Shown in pieces: positions 56,390-64,000 of a stretch of DNA of 64,000 nucleotides. The notes under the pieces are model-generated. The model did no database searches and was not told the origin of the DNA. It saw only the letters and a program-made list of their open reading frames with translations. Each line of letters starts with the position of its first letter. Position 1 is the first letter of the stretch. Source of the stretch: a virus; IMG/VR virus record IMGVR_UViG_3300020177_001482, positions 1-64,000 of that record. The stretch is one strand, 5' to 3'. A program made the translations under genes and the position numbers.

Positions 56390-56943
56390 TTGATGTTGAA
56401 CCATCCTTTCGCCCTGTCCCTGAACTTCTCCCATTCATTCAACTCTACGTCATACTCGAAATTCTGTGTTGTGAGGTTGACCTGCACTTCCTTGGCTCCG
56501 TTCTTGAGATGGAACTTACGTGCCATGTCCGTGAGAGGACTCAACGTGATCAACCTGTTGAGATGGTTTGATTGTTTGATCATCTTGTACACTTCATTGA
56601 CCATGTGCTTTCCGCCACCTTTCTTCTTGGCCCACACCGTGTAGGCTATCGCTATAGAACCCTGTTGTCCTGCCCTGTGTATCGCCTGCATGGCGGCGTC
56701 TTTACTCATTGTGTCCATCTCCTCCACGCTCTTAGGTATGCCATGTGTGAATGCGAAACACATTACAGCCGCTATGTCTCCCTCCTCGTCCTTGATTCCG
56801 TATATCTTCCTGCCGTATGCCTGTCTGAACTCCAGACTAAGTTCAGGTCGCACAGGATCTTCCGTGACATCTATGTACGGCAGTTCGATCAGTTCGAACC
56901 GGGGCGTCTTTTCCAACGCTTTCTTAATTTTTTTGAGCACCAT
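56386..56943 (-). CDS. GNAT-like fold protein
   Basis: YTVWAKKKGGG...TLSPLTDMARKFHLKNGA. Confidence 0.5.
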   Translation of the reverse strand: MVLKKIKKALEKTPRFELIELPYIDVTEDPVRPELSLEFRQAYGRKIYGIKDEEGDIAAVMCFAFTHGIPKSVEEMDTMSKDAAMQAIHRAGQQGSIAIAYTVWAKKKGGGKHMVNEVYKMIKQSNHLNRLITLSPLTDMARKFHLKNGAKEVQVNLTTQNFEYDVELNEWEKFRDRAKGWFNIK

Positions 56944-56944
56944 C

Positions 56945-57049
56945 CTATTTGTATATGAATGGATCTTTCTTCTTTAACTCTTTGAGTCTCTTCCTGTATT
57001 TGATCTCTTGCCGGATCTTGTTGATCAGATTCTTTATCCAAGTGAACAT
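56945..57049 (-). CDS. 34 aa basic peptide (not in ORF track)
   Basis: MFTWIKNLINKIRQEIKYRKRLKELKKKDPFIYK; GGAG SD; fills the gap exactly. Confidence 0.65.
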   Translation of the reverse strand: MFTWIKNLINKIRQEIKYRKRLKELKKKDPFIYK

Positions 57050-57843
57050 TATCTGTCTCCTATCAGTTTGTTAAAAGTTGGTAACATTAATTTTACAGCA
57101 TCTTGGTGTGCCTCGTCAAGTGGATGTGTGGTGCCACGTGGATAGTCATTCAAAAGTGCCCATTGATTGAAACCCATCATCCTCTCTCCAAAACTATACC
57201 ATTTGGTAAAATCAATCTCACCATGCAATGCCTTCATTAAAGGATCCTGGTCTTTGTGTTGTTTCAATTCGTCATAAAACAAGGTATTGTCTGCCAGTGT
57301 GAACATGTATGGTATTTGTTTCTTCTCCAGAATATTCTGCAACCAGATTATGCTCTTCCAACTGAGGTAGGTCTCATGGTACGGGTTGGCCGCATATTTG
57401 TATATGGCCTCGGCAAAAGGTTTTACCCCAGATTCTAGCATGTTGTTTTGTCTGGTTTTCCATTGCTCCTGCTGTGTCTCTGATCCCTGTATAGTCCTGA
57501 ATGCTTCCTCGTTTCCCCTTGTCGTGTCCCATGGTGAGATACTTGTCCACCTTGTGTCCTCTAACATTCCATTCATGGGCATGGCCCAATCATAACGTGA
57601 GAGAAAACTCCACATGACCAGCACACAATCAACGTCTCTGTTCTGTGACACCGCCTTGAATGTCCTACGAGCTATAGCACTGTTGCCTGCTCCACCAGAC
57701 GCAGTGCATATGTAGTCATCGTGTGTTGCTTCTGTGAGCCTGTAGGCCCATGCCTTCTTGGATGGTGTCTTGCCGCCCACATCATCCGAGAGTTCATTCC
57801 CTAGCGTGAAACTGCAACCTCCTATAATTACTTTCTTACTCAT
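57049..57843 (-). CDS. SGNH-hydrolase-like protein
   Basis: GGCSFTLG, GAGNSAI, C-terminal THP. Confidence 0.55.
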   Translation of the reverse strand: MSKKVIIGGCSFTLGNELSDDVGGKTPSKKAWAYRLTEATHDDYICTASGGAGNSAIARRTFKAVSQNRDVDCVLVMWSFLSRYDWAMPMNGMLEDTRWTSISPWDTTRGNEEAFRTIQGSETQQEQWKTRQNNMLESGVKPFAEAIYKYAANPYHETYLSWKSIIWLQNILEKKQIPYMFTLADNTLFYDELKQHKDQDPLMKALHGEIDFTKWYSFGERMMGFNQWALLNDYPRGTTHPLDEAHQDAVKLMLPTFNKLIGDR

Positions 57844-59017
57844 ATATCCTCAGTATGTTATTTAAAAGTGGAAACATGTCTCCAAAATTTTCCTTCCGGT
57901 ACTTGTCTGTCTGTAATATCCTCGCTTTACGTTGTTCTCTGATCTCTGGTGTGTCCCTATCAGCGGCGTTCATGAAACGTATGCTGGGCTGATAATCAGT
58001 CAGCATGTGATACCTGTCTGTAACTATGTCCTTGACCTGTCGTGGCAGTGTTTGAATATTAAACACATCTGGATCAAAGCAAGTGTTTACGTAAAAAAAA
58101 TTGGGTTGAAACTGTGCCACCCATAACGCTATCTTGGCCCAGTTAAACACATTGAATATTGATACTGTTGAACATATCTGGAAGTCCATGTTAGGTGTTT
58201 TCATTTCTTTGAACTTGACAAGATTTCCATTTACCTCCCTCCAATTGGCAGGATGCCTCTGGTATTCGAAAGGTTCTCCAACGTCATCGATGCTGAACGC
58301 TACTTCTACGTGTTTAAAATAACTCCAAAGATCGAAAATATCTTGCGGTGGCAACTGTGTACCGTTAGTGTTATAATGAATGTCAATGTTCCTTGCATAT
58401 CCCTTTTCAACACAATGCATCAGGATCTTAAAGTGATCCTTAATCATGAACGGTTCTCCGCCCGTGAATTCGAAGTACTCAACATGCTTGAGATCATCCT
58501 GCAACTCCTCGAAGAACTGTGGATTGCGTTTTGGCCATCCACCTTCCTTGAGTTGCATCCTTGCTAGTGGGTTATCTCCACCCTTGGCCGTCTCATAATC
58601 TATTTCCTCCTGTGCCCACTTGCTGGAACTCCAGGAACCGCATATCCTACACTTTAAATTACACACGTTGCCTAACTTAAAATCAATAAATTTCAGCGTT
58701 GGCTCGTTATTAGGTGTCCAGTCTGTAAGACTAGTCTTCATCTTGTACAGTGAATTTTGTCTTTTACTTGTCTTTCCTGCATTTTCTTCTTGCCAACAAC
58801 TTTGACACCCTTTAGGACGTTCACCGTTACGGAACTGCTCACGTAAATTTTCCATATATGCATTGTCTTGAATTGACTTAAGACTCTGTTCGAACACTTT
58901 GACATCAGGTACACTTCCTTTGTATAGACAGCATGGAGATGCTCCACCGTTAACATCAACCTCAAGATGTGTCCAAGGTAGCGGACACACATTTGATTTT
59001 ATATACTTGTCCACCAT
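57836..59017 (-). CDS. radical SAM protein with N-terminal SPASM/twitch domain
   Basis: CPLPW...PCC...CQSC; CNLKCRIC; TGGEP; YNTNGT. Confidence 0.88.
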   Translation of the reverse strand: MVDKYIKSNVCPLPWTHLEVDVNGGASPCCLYKGSVPDVKVFEQSLKSIQDNAYMENLREQFRNGERPKGCQSCWQEENAGKTSKRQNSLYKMKTSLTDWTPNNEPTLKFIDFKLGNVCNLKCRICGSWSSSKWAQEEIDYETAKGGDNPLARMQLKEGGWPKRNPQFFEELQDDLKHVEYFEFTGGEPFMIKDHFKILMHCVEKGYARNIDIHYNTNGTQLPPQDIFDLWSYFKHVEVAFSIDDVGEPFEYQRHPANWREVNGNLVKFKEMKTPNMDFQICSTVSIFNVFNWAKIALWVAQFQPNFFYVNTCFDPDVFNIQTLPRQVKDIVTDRYHMLTDYQPSIRFMNAADRDTPEIREQRKARILQTDKYRKENFGDMFPLLNNILRIYE

Positions 59018-60339
59018 TCGAATGCTCTCTTGTTATTTTGTAAGATTTTAGTTATGTCTGTTCCCCTTATCCTGTCTAACCTTTCGATTTCTGCTTTGCC
59101 TTTTTTTTGTCCTTCTATGTATTTCTCTTTATCGTACACATATTCGTTGTTTCTCTTCTGCTTTTGCATTTCGTCCAACTGTGAAAAAAAATTCCTTAAA
59201 TTTTTATTTTTATACTTGATAGTTTTTTCTCTCACATCATCAATAATCTCAGACATTATGTCATATGGCATGAACAATGGTGCTATGGCATTATCATGTG
59301 AGAAATTGAATACTTGTTTTGTCAATAATTCTATCCCTAGGTCGTTGCTTAGGTGAACCATGTTTTCAAGGTCAAAAAGTCCAGGCAGTGTTATAGTGAG
59401 GTCCAACTGCATACGTTTGTAATCGTGGTTATTGTCACAAAACTGTAGACCGTATTTGATGTTGTCCAACCATTCATTATACTTGAGACCTGTTCTAATA
59501 TATTCTCCAATCTCACCTGTGCCGTCTATAGATGCACATATCTGGAATTTTGGGAAATACTTTAGTAAGTCATCAAAAAGATTCTTGCCATAAAAATTTA
59601 TCCTACTCATGTTAGAATTGTATCTCGCTAACACCTTGTCTGCATATCCTAGTTCCTTAATTCTTTCCATTGCTGTCCAATGTATTTTCCACATCAGAGG
59701 TTCGCCTCCACACCAGTACAATTCAGTAATTCTTTTTTGTTCTACTGCTTCTACAAATTCTTTAACAATCTGTTGATCATGAAACTTTTGCAACTTCTCT
59801 TTGATATCTTTTCTACCCCATATCCTATAGTGTTCATAATCGCCTTTTCCGTGTTTTTTATTCTCGGTCTCCCATGTGCTTGATAACATGTCTCCACACA
59901 TTCTACAACTGAAGTTGCAAAGGTTAGAGAACCTATAATCAAAACTTTCAACTTTCATCGTTGTTACACCTGTGGCGTCTGTGCTGTCAAATGCTTCGTT
60001 GATTTTGTTTTTATACAACCAATTGAAATGTTGTCTGTATACTTGTTCATTCAACAATTTGTAATTGCACACAGCACATTGAGGTATCTCCTCACCTGCT
60101 AACAGTTTAAGCCTTACACTTTTCATGTAGTCCGAGTTCCAATGTTGTTCCAAAGTCGTAAGATTCAATTTATCGTTATGACCTTTTGGATCAATAGTAT
60201 CAATATACTGCTTGAAGTTTTCACTAGATTCACGTGAACTACAACACAACCTACGCTCCATTTGTGGCGACAAGTATGTGTGTGTCCATGGAGCCATGCA
60301 AAAAGTCTTGTTTCCTTCGTTTGGTTTAATCCTTTTCAT
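58999..60339 (-). CDS. radical SAM protein with N-terminal SPASM/twitch domain
   Basis: CMAPW...LCC...CAVC; CNFSCRMC; GGEP; start moved to ATG 60339. Confidence 0.88.
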   Translation of the reverse strand: MKRIKPNEGNKTFCMAPWTHTYLSPQMERRLCCSSRESSENFKQYIDTIDPKGHNDKLNLTTLEQHWNSDYMKSVRLKLLAGEEIPQCAVCNYKLLNEQVYRQHFNWLYKNKINEAFDSTDATGVTTMKVESFDYRFSNLCNFSCRMCGDMLSSTWETENKKHGKGDYEHYRIWGRKDIKEKLQKFHDQQIVKEFVEAVEQKRITELYWCGGEPLMWKIHWTAMERIKELGYADKVLARYNSNMSRINFYGKNLFDDLLKYFPKFQICASIDGTGEIGEYIRTGLKYNEWLDNIKYGLQFCDNNHDYKRMQLDLTITLPGLFDLENMVHLSNDLGIELLTKQVFNFSHDNAIAPLFMPYDIMSEIIDDVREKTIKYKNKNLRNFFSQLDEMQKQKRNNEYVYDKEKYIEGQKKGKAEIERLDRIRGTDITKILQNNKRAFEWWTSI

Positions 60340-61609
60340 ATAACTCCGTGAGTTCTGGGAATACATCGAGAATATTTTCATCCCTGATCACATCCAATTT
60401 ATTCATTGCTTGTCTGAACTGTGGCAGGTCTTTACTGTTGTCCCTTCTCATCATGTAATCTATGCCTGATTCAAATCCTTTGGTTGCCCTAGTGAGACTA
60501 TCTAGAGGACGTAACCATTCAATATGTTTTTGATACTTTTCTTTCACCTTGTCTTTGAACGTTTCAGGCAACAGGTCAATTCTTTGTGCATAAGGAAACT
60601 GTAACAAATTGAAGTTAAAATCCTGTGGTTTTAGCAATCCTTGATCTACCCAATTTCTATGGAAGTCAGGAATGTGTAGGGCATTTATAAGTCCAACTGT
60701 AGAACTGATATAAAAGTCAACCTGTGGGCACACCTCTAACATCCTCTTTCTGTTAGCAACAATATCATTCCACACAGTTCCTTTACGCATGAACTCTCCA
60801 CGTTTGCCTTCTGCATCTAGGCTGGCACCTATTGACACGGAATCAAACTTATTCCAAAGTTCAAGTACATCTATGTCCTTAAATTTTGTTTTAGTAAAAT
60901 TCGTGTTGTAAATTAATCTTACGTGGTACATTTTACGCTTGTCTAATTCTTTCAATATCCTATAGTGCTCTTCCATTATTATTGGTTCACCACCAGCAAA
61001 ATAAAATTGTTCTACATGCTCAAACTGATCTAACATCTGTTCCCATATGTCGTCACTGCTCCGTCCCACTTTCATTATCTTTGCATGGTTAGGAGGAGAA
61101 CCTGTGAGTTTCTTGTGGTCTTCATACCAGTTACTACTGAACCATGTTCCGCAACTCCTACAGGCCAGGTTACATAGGTTACTAAATCTTATATCCCAAT
61201 ACTTGATAACAAAATCTGCTGTGCCGTCTGCCTGTGTGTTTTCAACCATTCCAATATTGTGTCCGAAGTGTTTGTTAGAGCTCAGTCGCAGGCTAAAAAA
61301 TCCTGACTTCTCTTGGTCGTAACATTTAGAACAGTGTTTGCTGGCCTTGTTTGCCAGCATGTTCTTTCTGATGCCTTTCATCTCCTCGTTGTTGAATACT
61401 TCTGCCATGGAATTCTTGTTGAGATCACCTACTGGATATTTGTCCAATGCAAAACAACAAGGATACGCTCTACCGTCAGGGAAAGCATGTATGTGCAACC
61501 ATGGCATCATACAGAACGTGTCACTGTCTATCAACAACCCCTTTTCTTTGGACGTCATGTCTTTGATCTTTAGTTTCTCGGGCTCTTTGGCCCCATAATC
61601 ATAGGCCAC
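60326..61609 (-). CDS. radical SAM protein with N-terminal SPASM/twitch domain
   Basis: CMMPW...PCC...CSKC; CNLACRSC; AGGEP. Confidence 0.88.
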   Translation of the reverse strand: MAYDYGAKEPEKLKIKDMTSKEKGLLIDSDTFCMMPWLHIHAFPDGRAYPCCFALDKYPVGDLNKNSMAEVFNNEEMKGIRKNMLANKASKHCSKCYDQEKSGFFSLRLSSNKHFGHNIGMVENTQADGTADFVIKYWDIRFSNLCNLACRSCGTWFSSNWYEDHKKLTGSPPNHAKIMKVGRSSDDIWEQMLDQFEHVEQFYFAGGEPIIMEEHYRILKELDKRKMYHVRLIYNTNFTKTKFKDIDVLELWNKFDSVSIGASLDAEGKRGEFMRKGTVWNDIVANRKRMLEVCPQVDFYISSTVGLINALHIPDFHRNWVDQGLLKPQDFNFNLLQFPYAQRIDLLPETFKDKVKEKYQKHIEWLRPLDSLTRATKGFESGIDYMMRRDNSKDLPQFRQAMNKLDVIRDENILDVFPELTELYEKD

Positions 61610-62942
61610 GGTACCACTCTCCTATAATTGGGAAAGTCTTTTCAAAGTCCTTGCCTGATCGTTTGTCGTACTGACTGTAGAATTCCTTGAAGTCTTTCTG
61701 TAGTTTGCTCTGTTCGGCCGCATCCGCATGCGGTGTTTTCACAACATCAAGGTAGTCGATTAATCTCTGTGTTTGATCTATTTCCATGCTCTCCAACCAT
61801 CTGTTATTATTAGTTAAGAACTTTACCAAACCACCCTTAAATTTATTTCTAAGTTCATCTGGCAGTACAAGGGGTGACTGAAAACTAGGGAACCGCAATA
61901 TATTGAGTGTGAAATTGATTGTTGGTCCGTATACTTTGCTCGCACTCTTGAACCAAACCATCTTCTCTAAAAACTCAGGCAGTGTTTCTAAACACAAAGC
62001 ATTTATGGTTGCCATGTTGTGTATTTCAGAAGGTACTTTGTCCACCATCATGTGTAAAAGGTTAGAATGCCATGTTCCAAAGTCCAATCCATCTCTGATG
62101 TATTCTGCCTGTTGAAACGTTGCTTCGCAACTTGTGTACAAATGAAAGTTCTTGAACCCTTTCAGTTTCGTTTTGAATCTATCTATAATGCTTTGTTTCG
62201 CTCCTAGATTAGAGTTGATAGCAATACGCATGTCTGGGTTTATTTTGTCCCCCTGTGTTTCTATCCAATCCAACAACCTCCATAAGTTAGGAGACATCAT
62301 TGGCTCTCCACCCGTGATCCTTAATTCATCCAAACTCTTGTGCAGATCCGATTCCCACCACTTGTAGAATGCCTCGATGTATGGATTTGTCTCGTCCTTT
62401 TTATATGGTTCCGCTGAATCGTGTGCATGGGTGAAATGGTTACGTCCGTCTGACTTCAATCCTGTGTATGGCCCTTGTCTTTTGATGTTGTTTGCCCACG
62501 TAGAACTGAATTGAGGATTACAATACGTACAGGCAAAATTACATGTCCTGTCAAATGCAATCTCAAGTGTTTTCAAATTAACATTATCCTTATAAGGTGA
62601 TTCATATGCATTTTGTAGATCATCATTGGTGAATATCTTAGATTTATATACCCTGTCGCTTATGTTGTCTCTGCCAACATCTTCTATCTTCCAGCAGTAC
62701 TCACATCCTGCAGGCCTCTCACCACACTGCATCTGTCTTCGTTGTTCTTTCTTTTGTCTTGTGTTGTGTATCGCACTTGGGTTTGTTTTTATCTCTTCGA
62801 GGTCAATCTTGTGTGGTAGTGGATGATGACAACTTGTGGTCATTCCACTGCCTAACCATATTGTAGCATTATACCACTTGGCTCCACAGAAACTTGCACT
62901 CTTTGGATCTAGTATTTGTTTTTTATATTCAAGATCGTCCAT
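61599..62942 (-). CDS. radical SAM protein with N-terminal SPASM/twitch domain
   Basis: CGAKW...SCHH...CEYC; CNFACTYC; TGGEP. Confidence 0.88.
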   Translation of the reverse strand: MDDLEYKKQILDPKSASFCGAKWYNATIWLGSGMTTSCHHPLPHKIDLEEIKTNPSAIHNTRQKKEQRRQMQCGERPAGCEYCWKIEDVGRDNISDRVYKSKIFTNDDLQNAYESPYKDNVNLKTLEIAFDRTCNFACTYCNPQFSSTWANNIKRQGPYTGLKSDGRNHFTHAHDSAEPYKKDETNPYIEAFYKWWESDLHKSLDELRITGGEPMMSPNLWRLLDWIETQGDKINPDMRIAINSNLGAKQSIIDRFKTKLKGFKNFHLYTSCEATFQQAEYIRDGLDFGTWHSNLLHMMVDKVPSEIHNMATINALCLETLPEFLEKMVWFKSASKVYGPTINFTLNILRFPSFQSPLVLPDELRNKFKGGLVKFLTNNNRWLESMEIDQTQRLIDYLDVVKTPHADAAEQSKLQKDFKEFYSQYDKRSGKDFEKTFPIIGEWYRGL

Positions 62943-63669
62943 CTTTTCCTTTGAAGTAGTCTTTTAACTTGTTGTATTCGTCTGTAGGACAAAGTATTTC
63001 ACTCCTAAACATAATGTCCTTGACCCAGTGGTAGTGTGCTATTGGCGGAGGGTGTGATTCGCCTGGCATGTAGTATTCTTTATAATTATCTTGCCCAAAT
63101 TCCCACAATCCTTTTTTGTCTTCATAAAAAATAAACTTTGTCCAGTCTATGTGATTGTACAAAGTTTGTTCACTATTACTGTGGAAATTATGATTTATGA
63201 CATTCTTGTTGAACACCATCATTGTGTATGGTATTCTTTTCTTATCAAGGAATAGTTGTGTCCTTAAAATATGTTCAAGTGTTCTATAACTTTGATGCTG
63301 TTCATTCCAAAAATGTCGTCTAAAATAATCATGCTTGTCGGCAAGTCTATGTCCTCCGAACCAAGTGCTCCATTTGAAATCATCATCCCAGACACGATAG
63401 GTTATACGTCCATCTAAATTATCGACGCCTTCGTCGAGAGTTATCACCTCATACCTGTCGGCTCCGGACCACATAATGTACATGTGTGCGATTTCCCTGT
63501 GTTTCATTGCACTGTTGATCACTGCCCTTGATATTGTTTCGTTCCCGCTGGCCGATCTGCCCTTGTTGAGCATGTGTGACCCACCGTCGAACCATGGGAT
63601 AAATTTAGGCCAGCAATCCCATTTGAATCTTGTGAAACTGCAACCGTGTGCAACTGTAATATCAGGCAT
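62929..63669 (-). CDS. SGNH-hydrolase-like protein
   Basis: HGCSFT, SASGNETI, C-terminal SHP. Confidence 0.55.
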   Translation of the reverse strand: MPDITVAHGCSFTRFKWDCWPKFIPWFDGGSHMLNKGRSASGNETISRAVINSAMKHREIAHMYIMWSGADRYEVITLDEGVDNLDGRITYRVWDDDFKWSTWFGGHRLADKHDYFRRHFWNEQHQSYRTLEHILRTQLFLDKKRIPYTMMVFNKNVINHNFHSNSEQTLYNHIDWTKFIFYEDKKGLWEFGQDNYKEYYMPGESHPPPIAHYHWVKDIMFRSEILCPTDEYNKLKDYFKGKDGRS

Positions 63670-64000
63670 TCATACACTCCTTCCAAAATTCTTCCATTTC
63701 AGGGAACGTGTTCAAGAACCTAGTAGAACGCCTGCGATCGTGTTCGTTAAAAAAAGCGTAAAAGTTTTTTTTATTTTGCGTACTTTCGTCCGCGTTTTCG
63801 CGCCAGTATGCGAGATTCCTCTGCATCTTTTGTATCTCGAAGTCCTTGAATATGTGTAACCCGTTCGACTCGCCGGAATTTAACTGCATGTACTTTATAT
63901 TATCTTCATGTATTGCCTGATACGACTCTGGTAGCAGTGTGATCTGTTGCCATGCGGGTTGACGTAGCAGTGGCACATCGAACCACACCCTCTGGTATGT
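63662..64000 (-). CDS. C-terminal part of a fifth radical SAM paralog, truncated at the window edge
   Basis: frame is open to 64000; LRQP and DRRR...FLNTFPE match the C-termini of the paralogs. Confidence 0.65.
   Translation of the reverse strand, partial: TYQRVWFDVPLLRQPAWQQITLLPESYQAIHEDNIKYMQLNSGESNGLHIFKDFEIQKMQRNLAYWRENADESTQNKKNFYAFFNEHDRRRSTRFLNTFPEMEEFWKECMNA

Noticed and set aside
1-64000. Stop-codon reassignment as in some jumbo phages
   Set aside because: Known proteins are full length under the standard code, and TAA, TAG and TGA all end genes at sensible positions.

Overview
This 64 kb window looks like part of a large T4-like (jumbo) myovirus genome, probably marine. The evidence is a gp43-like family B polymerase, a gp45-like clamp, T4-type RNase H, a DsbA-like protein, TAAATA late-promoter motifs and a spanin lysis cassette. 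Genes are tightly packed on + up to about 52.07 kb and on - after that. From left to right the window holds: (1) a lysis cassette; (2) a DnaJ/peptide deformylase/ClpA operon; (3) a large lipoprotein subtilase; (4) an 11 kb cluster of proteins sharing a T4 capsid-targeting-like N-terminal peptide, including a Cu/Zn SOD and a cytidyltransferase-HAD fusion with a hidden in-frame internal promoter; (5) replication genes; (6) a 7-deazaguanine DNA-modification cluster (DpdA/TGT-like, FolE, QueD-like, QueE, YhhQ) with a glycosyltransferase, GalE, GuaC and a PRTase but no visible QueC; (7) a MoxR/vWA pair; (8) an amino-sugar/carbamoyltransferase cluster with at least 5 tandem SPASM/twitch radical SAM genes. 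Many genes appear to be transcribed as leaderless mRNAs. I saw no tRNA, rRNA, CRISPR array or IS element. All protein calls come from recognising motifs by eye, not from database searches.
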